32,000 bases of DNA. It comes from Candidatus Iainarchaeum sp. Lineage in GTDB: Archaea; Iainarchaeota; Iainarchaeia; Iainarchaeales; JACQJH01. The translations under genes were made by a program, and so were the position numbers. The stretch lies in assembly GCA_016205145.1 (NCBI GenBank), contig JACQJH010000002.1:90001-122000 (forward strand), written 5' to 3'. Positions 1 through 7,825 of this stretch are shown here, one piece after another. How positions within the stretch are numbered: the stretch's first letter is position 1; every line of letters starts with the position of its first letter. The notes below the pieces were generated by a model. That model was given only the letters and a program-made list of their open reading frames with translations. It searched no databases and was not told where the DNA came from.

Positions 1-690
1 GCCGACCGCACTCGCAGTGAAACCGGTTATCCTGAAATTTCCGAAGCGCGTCGGCAGGTTGGCCGAATCGACTTTTTCGACAAGCGATTCGCGTTTGAGC
101 CTGAACTGGATGAGGTCTTTCAGCATCATGATTTTTATGCCATGCTTGGCCGCGAACTTTTCAAGGTCCGGCAGCCTTGCCATTTCCCCATCCGGGCGGA
201 TTATTTCGCAGATGACCGCGGCCTCGCCCAGCTTTGCAAGCCGCATCAAATCGGTTGCGGCTTCGGTGTGGCCGGCCCTCTGCAAAACCCCGCCTTGTTT
301 CGCAATCAGCGGAAACATGTGCCCCGGCTTTGTCAGGTCCCGGCTGGAAGCGTTGCCGTTCACGAAAACGCGCACTGTTTCCGCGCGGTCATGCGCGGAA
401 ATGCCTGTCGTGATGCCATAGGCCGCGTCAACGGATTCAGTGAAATTGGTTTTCATTTTATCCGAGTTTTTGGGCACGGCGTGCAGGTCAAACTTTTTGG
501 CGAGGGCTCCGGAAACGGGAATGCATACCAGTCCCTTTCCGTGGGAAATCATGAAATTTATCCTGTCCGCGCTGACCTTTTCGCCTGCAAGGACAAGGTC
601 GCCTTCGTTTTCCCTGGCCTCGTCGTCAACGACTATGACGAATTTTCCGGATTTCAGGTCGCGGATCGCCTGCTCGACAGAACAAAACAT
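1..690 (-). CDS. ribBA: Bifunctional 3,4-dihydroxy-2-butanone-4-phosphate synthase / GTP cyclohydrolase II (RibBA). First 230 codons only; the gene runs off the left edge of the window.
   Basis: Not in the supplied ORF track because there is no stop inside the window. My reverse-strand translation from ATG 690-688 reads MFCSVEQAIRDLKSGKFVIVVDDEARENEGDLVLAGE...RAGHTEAATDLMRLA, which are DHBP synthase hallmarks. It continues LIQFRLKRESLVEKVDSANLPTRFGNFRITGF, the usual junction into a GCH-II domain. The frame is open to base 1. Confidence 0.85.
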   Translation of the reverse strand, partial: MFCSVEQAIRDLKSGKFVIVVDDEARENEGDLVLAGEKVSADRINFMISHGKGLVCIPVSGALAKKFDLHAVPKNSDKMKTNFTESVDAAYGITTGISAHDRAETVRVFVNGNASSRDLTKPGHMFPLIAKQGGVLQRAGHTEAATDLMRLAKLGEAAVICEIIRPDGEMARLPDLEKFAAKHGIKIMMLKDLIQFRLKRESLVEKVDSANLPTRFGNFRITGFTASAVG

Positions 691-841
691 TTTTCCACCA
701 AAAAAACGCTTGCTTTAAGAGAAGAACTGGAAAAAAGCTTTTAAAGAACACGCTGGGCACATAAAATGTATCTGGCTGCATTAAGCGGACGGAAGCAAAA
801 TCAACCCATGCAATCCACTGGTCAAAAATAAAAATTGCCGG

Positions 842-1804
842 CTATTTCAGGTATTTTGCGTAAACGGCAAAAAACCTGTCAAAGGTTTTTTTGTATTTCT
901 CCAGAAAAAAGCGTTCCAGGTTTTCGGAGTAACCGTTCTGGAAATCTTCAAGACAGTTTATATATGAAAGCCGCTGGGTTTTTCTGATAATGAGCGGAGG
1001 ATAACCGTTGTTAACCAAAATCGTGTTTATGATGAAACGCCCAACCCGCCCGTTCCCGTCAGCAAACGGGTGTATTCGCTCGAATTTGCCATGAAACAAG
1101 GCCGCCATTTTCAACGGGTGGGTCTTGGTTATTGCCTTGCCATACCATTCAATCAGCAGACCCATCTCTTCTTTGACTTTTTCTGGCGGAGTGAGTTTCA
1201 CCCTTGAGCCGACTATTTCATTCGGAAACTGCTTATAGCCAAGCCGCGGGTCAATGTTTTCCATCAGCAGTTTGTGCATGCTGACTATGTCCTTTTCGCG
1301 GACCTTGAATTTCTTTGATAGGATTTTCTCAACAACTTTCCTTGAGTTTCTTGTTTCATATATTTCCCTCAGGTCCTTGTTTTCAACCGACCTGTTCTCA
1401 AACATCACTATCGCAACATCCTTCAGTGTGAGAGAGCTTCCCTCGATTGCGTTTGACTCATAAGTGAAGTTTGCCGTAAACCTATCAAAAACGTCCCTCA
1501 ACTGCTCCTTTGAAAACCCATTTATCAGGCGCTTGTAATCAACCCGTATGGCTTCAACCCTTCTGACCTGTAGTTCCGGGAAGACAGAATCCGTGCCAAA
1601 TGCTTTGACGGCAAAACTTGCCGCAAGACTTTTTTCTTTCTGCAGGAAATAGTCTGCATGCTCACGCTCGAGTTCCTTCAGTGGCCTGTTGTCATTGCCT
1701 ATGAGCTTTTGGATTGTCGTTACAGTGCCATCCGGCAAACGCACGGATTTGACCAGATAACAGTATGTCCCGCCGGAAATCTTTTTCCTGGAAATGTAAA
1801 CCAT
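842..1804 (-). CDS. Fic-domain protein (AMPylase-type, class II, with an N-terminal inhibitory helix)
   Basis: 320 aa with an ATG start. It carries the canonical Fic motif HPFADGNGRVGR and the upstream inhibitory motif SNAIEG, which fits [S/T]xxxE[G/N]. The gene looks more A/T-rich than its neighbours. Confidence 0.85.
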   Translation of the reverse strand: MVYISRKKISGGTYCYLVKSVRLPDGTVTTIQKLIGNDNRPLKELEREHADYFLQKEKSLAASFAVKAFGTDSVFPELQVRRVEAIRVDYKRLINGFSKEQLRDVFDRFTANFTYESNAIEGSSLTLKDVAIVMFENRSVENKDLREIYETRNSRKVVEKILSKKFKVREKDIVSMHKLLMENIDPRLGYKQFPNEIVGSRVKLTPPEKVKEEMGLLIEWYGKAITKTHPLKMAALFHGKFERIHPFADGNGRVGRFIINTILVNNGYPPLIIRKTQRLSYINCLEDFQNGYSENLERFFLEKYKKTFDRFFAVYAKYLK

Positions 1805-1814
1805 AAAGAAAGAG

Positions 1815-1859
1815 TTTAACCTTACACTTTTTAAATATAAGCAAAAACGTAAGGTTAAA
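1815..1859. promoter_or_regulatory. Perfect 11-bp inverted repeat TTTAACCTTAC(N23)GTAAGGTTAAA enclosing a TATA-like TTTAAATATA, between the guaB stop and the fic start
   Basis: Read directly from the sequence: arms at 1815-1825 and 1849-1859. On the minus strand it lies downstream of guaB and 11-55 nt upstream of the fic ATG. It could be an operator or a terminator hairpin. Confidence 0.4.
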
Positions 1860-1879
1860 TCTGCTCTGCCAAGGCCCTT

Positions 1880-3319
1880 TCAGATGCCCGGATAATTCGG
1901 GGCTTCCTCGGTTATGGTAATGTCATGGGGATGGGATTCGCGCAGGCTTGCCTCGGTTATCTTGATCCATTTCGTTTTTTTGCGCAGTTCGTCGATGTTT
2001 TTGGCGCCGATGAAGCCCATGCCGCTTCTCAATCCGCCCATCAGCTGGAAGACGACTTCCGACAGCATGCCCCTGTACGGCACTATGCCTTCAATGCCTT
2101 CCGGCACGAGCTTGCCCTGCTTCGGCTTGCCCAAATGGAAGTATCGGTCACCGGAACCTTTTTCCATTGCGCCCAAGCTGCCCATTCCCCTATACTGCTT
2201 GAACTTGCGGTTGTTCAAATAAACAATCCTGCCCGGCGATTCGTCGCATCCAGCCAGAAGGCTTCCGGCCATGACGGAGCTTGCGCCCGCGGCCAGGGCC
2301 TTTGTGATGTCGCCCGAATATTTTATGCCGCCGTCCGCAATGACCGGAATGCCCTTCCTATCAGCGGCCTTTGCGCATTCGAGGATTGCAGTGAACTGCG
2401 GAACCCCGACGCCTGAAACAATCCGTGTAGTGCAGATTGCACCCGGACCGACGCCGACCTTGATGGCGTCGGCGCCTGCCGCGATAAGGTCCTTGGCCGC
2501 ATCCGCCGTGCCGATGTTTCCGGCAATGAGCTGGACTTCAAACTCCTTTTTTATTTTGGCGACAGCATTGACAACCATTTTCGAGTGGCCGTGCGCTGTG
2601 TCAAGCACAATGACGTCGACTTCGGCTTCAACCAGTTTCTTTGCCCTTTCAAAATCCCTGGGCCCGATTGCAGCGCCCACCATTAGCCTTCCGCGTTTGT
2701 CCCTCAATGCGGCGGGATACCTCTGCCTGTTCTGGATGTCCGTCAGGGTTATGAGGCCCTGAAGCTGCCCGTCCTTTCCGACAATCGGCAGTTTTTCAAT
2801 CCTGTGGCCGTGCATCAGCTTTCTCGCTTCGTCCATGTCGACAACCCTGTCGACCGTCACCAGGTCTTTCGACATTATGTCCTTTGCCCTGCCCTTCGAG
2901 TTTTCCTCGAACAGCAAATCCCTCGTGGTGACGATGCCCACAAGCGTTCCGTTTTCCACCACGGGAAAGCTGGAAATGTTTTTTGTTTCGTAAATTTCGA
3001 TTATCTCGCTTACCGGCATTTCCGGCGGAATCGTGAGCGGCTCCTTTATTATCCAGTATTCCGCGCTTTTCACGCGCTTCACCTGTTCGGCCTGCTCTTC
3101 CGGGGAAAAGTTCTTGTGGATTATGCCGATGCCGCCGTGCTGGGCCATTGCAATCGCGGTCCTGTATTCGGTTACGGTGTCCATTGCCGCGCTGATCAGG
3201 GGAATGTTAAGCTCAAGCTTTTTTGTAAGCCTTGTCTTTAAGGAAACTTCGCTTGGCAGGACGCTCGAAGGGCCGGGTAAAAGCAGTATGTCGTCAAAAG
3301 TCAGGCCAGTTTTTTCCAC
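1880..3319 (-). CDS. guaB: Inosine-5'-monophosphate dehydrogenase
   Basis: 479 aa. The N-terminus reads GLTFDDILLLPGPS, there is an internal tandem CBS region, and the catalytic loop reads GVGPGAICTTR. The start codon at 3319 is GTG. Confidence 0.95.
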   Translation of the reverse strand: MEKTGLTFDDILLLPGPSSVLPSEVSLKTRLTKKLELNIPLISAAMDTVTEYRTAIAMAQHGGIGIIHKNFSPEEQAEQVKRVKSAEYWIIKEPLTIPPEMPVSEIIEIYETKNISSFPVVENGTLVGIVTTRDLLFEENSKGRAKDIMSKDLVTVDRVVDMDEARKLMHGHRIEKLPIVGKDGQLQGLITLTDIQNRQRYPAALRDKRGRLMVGAAIGPRDFERAKKLVEAEVDVIVLDTAHGHSKMVVNAVAKIKKEFEVQLIAGNIGTADAAKDLIAAGADAIKVGVGPGAICTTRIVSGVGVPQFTAILECAKAADRKGIPVIADGGIKYSGDITKALAAGASSVMAGSLLAGCDESPGRIVYLNNRKFKQYRGMGSLGAMEKGSGDRYFHLGKPKQGKLVPEGIEGIVPYRGMLSEVVFQLMGGLRSGMGFIGAKNIDELRKKTKWIKITEASLRESHPHDITITEEAPNYPGI

Positions 3320-3518
3320 CGAAAACCCTGCTCCTTTATTTTAAAAGTAGGGCGGCAAGCTTTAAAAAGGGGTGCGTCGGAAAGATGCCGGAAAAAGGCC
3401 GGCGGCAGACAAAAACGCAATCTTTTCCAGTATACGCCCTGCAACATAAAACGCCAAGCGCGGTTAGCCAGATTCCCTTTTTAAGTTTTACCGCGTTTTA
3501 TTAGTTGGGTTTTTTCCT

Positions 3519-4778
3519 ATGCCTTGCACTGCCGTCATTGGAATGCAGTTCGGCGATGAAGGCAAGGGCAAGATAACAGACTATTTGGCAGAAAAATCCG
3601 ATTTTGTTTTCAGGTACGGCGGCGGCAACAATGCCGGGCACACAGTTGTGGTGGAAGGCAAAACCTACAAATTGCATTTGCTTCCCTCCGGCGTTGTCAG
3701 GGGCAAGCGCTCTCTTCTGGGCGCGGGCGTGGTGATCGACCCCCAGGTTCTGCTGGATGAAATCTCGGCGCTTGGAAAAAAGCCGAATCTCGGCATCGAC
3801 CCGAGGGCGCACATCATAATGCCGTATCACAAGTACCTTGACGCGAATTCCGAGGCGAAAAAAGGCGAAAACCAGATCGGCACGACGGGCAGGGGCATAG
3901 GCCCATGCTATGCCGACAAGGCGGAAAGAACAGGCATCAGGTTCGAGGACCTGTTGGACAATGAACGGCTTGAGGAAAAGCTCAGGCAGGTCCTGCCAAT
4001 CAAGGAAAAAATCCTGAAACATGTTTATGGCGTGGAGTTTCCGCATTCCCTCGGCGAAATCGTGCAGGAATATTCGGCTTACGGGGAAAAGCTCAGGGAA
4101 TTCGAAGCCGATGCCTCGCTTGAAATCGCACAGGCATTGAAGGCAAAAAAAAGCATTCTGCTTGAGGGCGCGCAGGGCACTTTTTTGGACATCAATTTCG
4201 GCACATACCCATTCGTGACATCATCGATTCCGATTGCGCCGGGCGCAGGCGCGGGCATAGGCTTTCCTGCCGCGAAGACGGAAAAAGTCGTCGGCGTCGC
4301 AAAAGCCTACACCACGCGCGTCGGCGCCGGGCCGTTTGCAACCGAGCTTTTGGACGGCCTTGGCGACAGGCTGAGGACTGCGGGAAACGAGTTCGGCACT
4401 ACAACAGGAAGGCCGAGAAGAGTGGGCTGGCTTGACATGGTTTTGCTTAGGACTGCTGCAAGGCTGAATGGCGTGACTGAAATAGCCCTGACAAAGCTTG
4501 ACGTTTTAAGCGGCGTCGAATCGCTTGAAGTGTGCGTTGCCTACGACTGCAACGGCAAAAAAACCGGGGAGTTTCCGGCAAAAATGTCAGACGCGGAAAA
4601 ATGCGTGCCCATTTACAAAACATTGAATGGCTTTTCAATAACCGGCTCGGAAAAAAAGTTTTCCGCTCTTGACAGGCACGCGCAGGAATACGTTAAATTC
4701 GTTGAAAAAGAGCTTGGCGTTCCAGTCAGCATTGTTTCAACCGGCCCGAAAAGAAGCCAGACAATAATGAAAAAATAG
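3519..4778 (+). CDS. purA: Adenylosuccinate synthetase
   Basis: 419 aa. Motifs seen: P-loop GMQFGDEGKGKITD, GGGNNAGHTV and TTGRGIGPCY. Confidence 0.95.
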   Translation: MPCTAVIGMQFGDEGKGKITDYLAEKSDFVFRYGGGNNAGHTVVVEGKTYKLHLLPSGVVRGKRSLLGAGVVIDPQVLLDEISALGKKPNLGIDPRAHIIMPYHKYLDANSEAKKGENQIGTTGRGIGPCYADKAERTGIRFEDLLDNERLEEKLRQVLPIKEKILKHVYGVEFPHSLGEIVQEYSAYGEKLREFEADASLEIAQALKAKKSILLEGAQGTFLDINFGTYPFVTSSIPIAPGAGAGIGFPAAKTEKVVGVAKAYTTRVGAGPFATELLDGLGDRLRTAGNEFGTTTGRPRRVGWLDMVLLRTAARLNGVTEIALTKLDVLSGVESLEVCVAYDCNGKKTGEFPAKMSDAEKCVPIYKTLNGFSITGSEKKFSALDRHAQEYVKFVEKELGVPVSIVSTGPKRSQTIMKK

Positions 4779-4804
4779 GCGGCCGGAAACTGCTTTTCGA
4801 TTTT

Positions 4805-6634
4805 TCATCCGGGCAGCCATTTTTCACGCCAGTCTTCAAGCGCGGCAAATGCGAATGCCCTTGAAAAATTCGTGCCTTTCCGCAGGCAGTCAAGCGCGTC
4901 TTCCGCAAGGCCTTTTTCCACGAGCCCGGACCTTTTGAGGCTTAAAATCTTGTCCTCGAAAACGCCTTTCAGGCTTCCTGACAGATACTTGTCAACCGGG
5001 CTGCCTAAGCCGGTTTTTGCCCTGCGCTTGACTGTTTTTTCAGGCAGCCTGTCCGAAAGCATTTCCCTGAAAAACGGCTTGTTGCCGCGGATGAATGAAA
5101 ACTTCCAGTCATTCGGAATTGACTTTGAAAATTCAAACAATTCCCTGTCAAGCAATGATGGCCGCAGTTCAAGGCCGTGCGCCATGCTCATCCTGTCGGA
5201 TGACGCAAGGTAGCGCGTCACAAAGTTCGAGCTGATGTCGACAAGCCTGATAGAGTCGAGGAAACCGTTTGATTCCATGAAACCGGAATGCATTTTTTCA
5301 AGTTCCGCCAGCCTTTGCCCTGAAACAAAGCCGTCCGGCCTTCTTTGCCGGGAAACCGCGGCCTGGATCCAGTCAGCCGGCAGCATTGACGCTTTGAGTT
5401 CCGAGCGCAAGGAATGGCAAAAATTTTTTCCGAACGGCAGTGAAAGCGCGTTGAACGCGGACAGGGCTGCTTTGCTGAAAAGCCTGTGCCGCATGAAATA
5501 GTCCATGCGGTAGAACTTGTGGTGCCGCGGATAGGCTCCGAAAAACTCGTCGCCCCCTTCCCCTGCAAGGCAGACGCTCACCTTTTCCTTTGCGGTTTCG
5601 GATAAAAGGAACAGCGGGACAAGCGAGCCGTTCGTCAGGGGCTCGTCGCAGTAATGGTAGATTTTCCCGAACGCCTCAACAAAGTCGTTCTCTGAAAGGT
5701 AGCGCGAATGATGGTCGGTGCCGAAATGCCCTGCCGCCGCTTCAATGTATTCCGATTCGTCCAGTGCGTTGTCTTCAAAATAAATCGAAAAAGACTTTAT
5801 GCCCGCATCGGGATTCAGCTTTTTCATTGTCGAAAGCACTGCAGAGGAGTCCAGGCCGCCGCTCAAAAAAACCCCGACTTCGACATCTGCAACCTCCGAC
5901 AGCGAACACGCCTTGTCGAGCAGGATTCTTCCTTTTGACAGGAGTTCTTTTTTTGAAAAGCTTTTTTCCGCAAAGGCGCCGATGTCGTAAAAACGCTTTA
6001 AGGACAGCGTTTTGCCTGCGATGTCCAGAACAAGGGAATGCGACGGCGGCACCTTGAAAACGTTCTCAAAAACCGTGCCGGTTTCATGCGGGCAGGCCTG
6101 ATGCAGGTAAAGCTCCAGGGCGGACCGGTTTATTTTCCTTTCAACGCCATGCCGCAAAATGCCCTTGATTTCGCTGCTGAAAATGAACTTTTCGCCGTCC
6201 CAGTAATAGTAAAGCGGTTTTATCCCGAAATAGTCCCTTGCGAGAAAAAACTGCCTTTTAGCCGAATCATAGATTGCGAATGCCCACATGCCCCTGAACT
6301 TTCCAAGGCAATCGTGCCCGAATTCCTCGTAAGCGTGCAGTATCACTTCCGTGTCGGAATCGGATTTGAACCCATGGCCTTTCGCCTCAAGCTCTTTTCT
6401 CAATTCCCGGTAATTGTAGATTTCGCCGTTGAATACGATCCAGATGCTGTTGTCCTCGTTTGCCATCGGCTGTTTTGCCTTGTCGGACAGGTCGATTATT
6501 TTGAGGCGCCTGTGGCCAAGCGAAACCCTGTCGACAAAAATGCCTTCACCGTCCGGGCCGCGATGCGCAATGGCATCATTCATTTTTTTTACAAGGGCCT
6601 TGTCTTCCCAGCTGAAGCCGTTTATGCCGCACAT
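4805..6634 (-). CDS. asnB: Asparagine synthetase B-family glutamine amidotransferase
   Basis: 609 aa. It has the N-terminal nucleophile MCGI(NG), a class-II GATase domain and the PP-loop VFLSGGLDSS. It is co-directional with the ATP-grasp pair and 120 nt downstream of it. Confidence 0.85.
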   Translation of the reverse strand: MCGINGFSWEDKALVKKMNDAIAHRGPDGEGIFVDRVSLGHRRLKIIDLSDKAKQPMANEDNSIWIVFNGEIYNYRELRKELEAKGHGFKSDSDTEVILHAYEEFGHDCLGKFRGMWAFAIYDSAKRQFFLARDYFGIKPLYYYWDGEKFIFSSEIKGILRHGVERKINRSALELYLHQACPHETGTVFENVFKVPPSHSLVLDIAGKTLSLKRFYDIGAFAEKSFSKKELLSKGRILLDKACSLSEVADVEVGVFLSGGLDSSAVLSTMKKLNPDAGIKSFSIYFEDNALDESEYIEAAAGHFGTDHHSRYLSENDFVEAFGKIYHYCDEPLTNGSLVPLFLLSETAKEKVSVCLAGEGGDEFFGAYPRHHKFYRMDYFMRHRLFSKAALSAFNALSLPFGKNFCHSLRSELKASMLPADWIQAAVSRQRRPDGFVSGQRLAELEKMHSGFMESNGFLDSIRLVDISSNFVTRYLASSDRMSMAHGLELRPSLLDRELFEFSKSIPNDWKFSFIRGNKPFFREMLSDRLPEKTVKRRAKTGLGSPVDKYLSGSLKGVFEDKILSLKRSGLVEKGLAEDALDCLRKGTNFSRAFAFAALEDWREKWLPG

Positions 6635-6754
6635 TATCCCACTTCAGGTTAGTTGCAGGGCGGTTGCGAAAAAACCCGAACCCGCCAATGCAAAAATAAG
6701 CCAAAACAATAAAAATACGGCTTGTTTGAAACGGTTTGAAAGACTTGAAACAGG

Positions 6755-7825
6755 TTATCCGGGCAATGCCCCGGATGTTCCGCCGGAAGAAGGGCCGGTT
6801 CCAACAACCTTCTTGTAGATGAACTCAACCATTTCCCTCGGCACGAGCGGCCCCAAAAACGCGGAGAACGGCCCCGGCATGAAATTGACTTCTATTACCT
6901 TCAGGCCGTCCGGGGTTTCAATCAGGTCAACCGCGCAGATTTCCATGCGCATCACCTTCGCGGACCTCAGCGCAATCAATTTCATTTCATCCGTCGCCTC
7001 GATCAGGGTTGCCTTGCCGCCCCTTGAAACGTTCGCCCTCCACTCGCCCTGCCTGCCGGTCCTGCGCACCGCCAGAACCTTTTCCCCGAAAACATAGCAT
7101 CTTATGTCCGTGTTCCTGTCGGGCACAAACTCCTGCGTCGACAAAAACTCGTCAAGCATGTGCATCGTGTCAAGAATCGAACCGAACTGCGTGGAATCGT
7201 TCACGAGCACAACGCCTTTGCCGGCAAAACCGGAAATCTTTTTCACCACAACCGGAAAATCCGAAACCTTTTTCTTCGCGGTTTCAGGCGAAATGAACAG
7301 GCCGCTGCCGACAACCGGAATGCCGGCGTCGCACAATTCCTTTATAGTGTAATACTTGTGGTTTGAAATCAGGAAGCCGCGCACTGAAACCGGCGAATAC
7401 ATTCCGGAGTCCTCGACAAGCCGCAGTATGGCTTCCGCCAGCACGAAGTCCGTGGAGCTCAGCCTCGGATAGCACGCGTCAAACGAGAAGAGGTCACGGC
7501 CCCTGAACCGCATTTCGACCTTGCCGTTGTTGAGGGAAACCCTGATTTTCGTGACCGGCACGAACAGCACTTCCCCGAAAATCCTTTTGGCTTCTTCCCT
7601 GAGGTCGCGCACAGTGCGCTTGACGTGGTACCTTGAGCCGATTATGAGTAGGCTGGGCCTGCGGTTTCCCGCCTGCAAATCCGGTTTGCCATTGCCATGC
7701 TTGACGCTTTTCCTAATCACGCCCTGCACTCTGCCGCCGGCTGCCTTTCGGCCCTTTTTCTTGCCGCCGGCTTTTGGGCCAATGCGCGCCTTGCCTTTTG
7801 CGATGCCGGCTTTTTTGGAAATCAT
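6755..7825 (-). CDS. RimK/LysX-family ATP-grasp ligase, apparently catalytic, with a 58-residue Lys/Gly/Arg-rich N-terminal tail
   Basis: I place the start at ATG 7825-7823, which overlaps the upstream stop as ATGA. The track ORF extends to a TTG at 8122, which I reject. RimK-like blocks seen: VVKKISGFAGKGVVLV, DIRCYVFG, WRANVSRGG, CAVDLIE and VIEVNFMPG. Confidence 0.8.
   Translation of the reverse strand: MISKKAGIAKGKARIGPKAGGKKKGRKAAGGRVQGVIRKSVKHGNGKPDLQAGNRRPSLLIIGSRYHVKRTVRDLREEAKRIFGEVLFVPVTKIRVSLNNGKVEMRFRGRDLFSFDACYPRLSSTDFVLAEAILRLVEDSGMYSPVSVRGFLISNHKYYTIKELCDAGIPVVGSGLFISPETAKKKVSDFPVVVKKISGFAGKGVVLVNDSTQFGSILDTMHMLDEFLSTQEFVPDRNTDIRCYVFGEKVLAVRRTGRQGEWRANVSRGGKATLIEATDEMKLIALRSAKVMRMEICAVDLIETPDGLKVIEVNFMPGPFSAFLGPLVPREMVEFIYKKVVGTGPSSGGTSGALPG

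Noticed and set aside
17-744. Plus-strand ORFs 17..421, 142..744 and 440..718 from the track
   Set aside because: They lie antisense to a continuous, motif-rich RibBA reading frame on the minus strand (1-690). Their translations are Arg/Ser/Cys-rich with no recognisable motifs. They are shadow ORFs.
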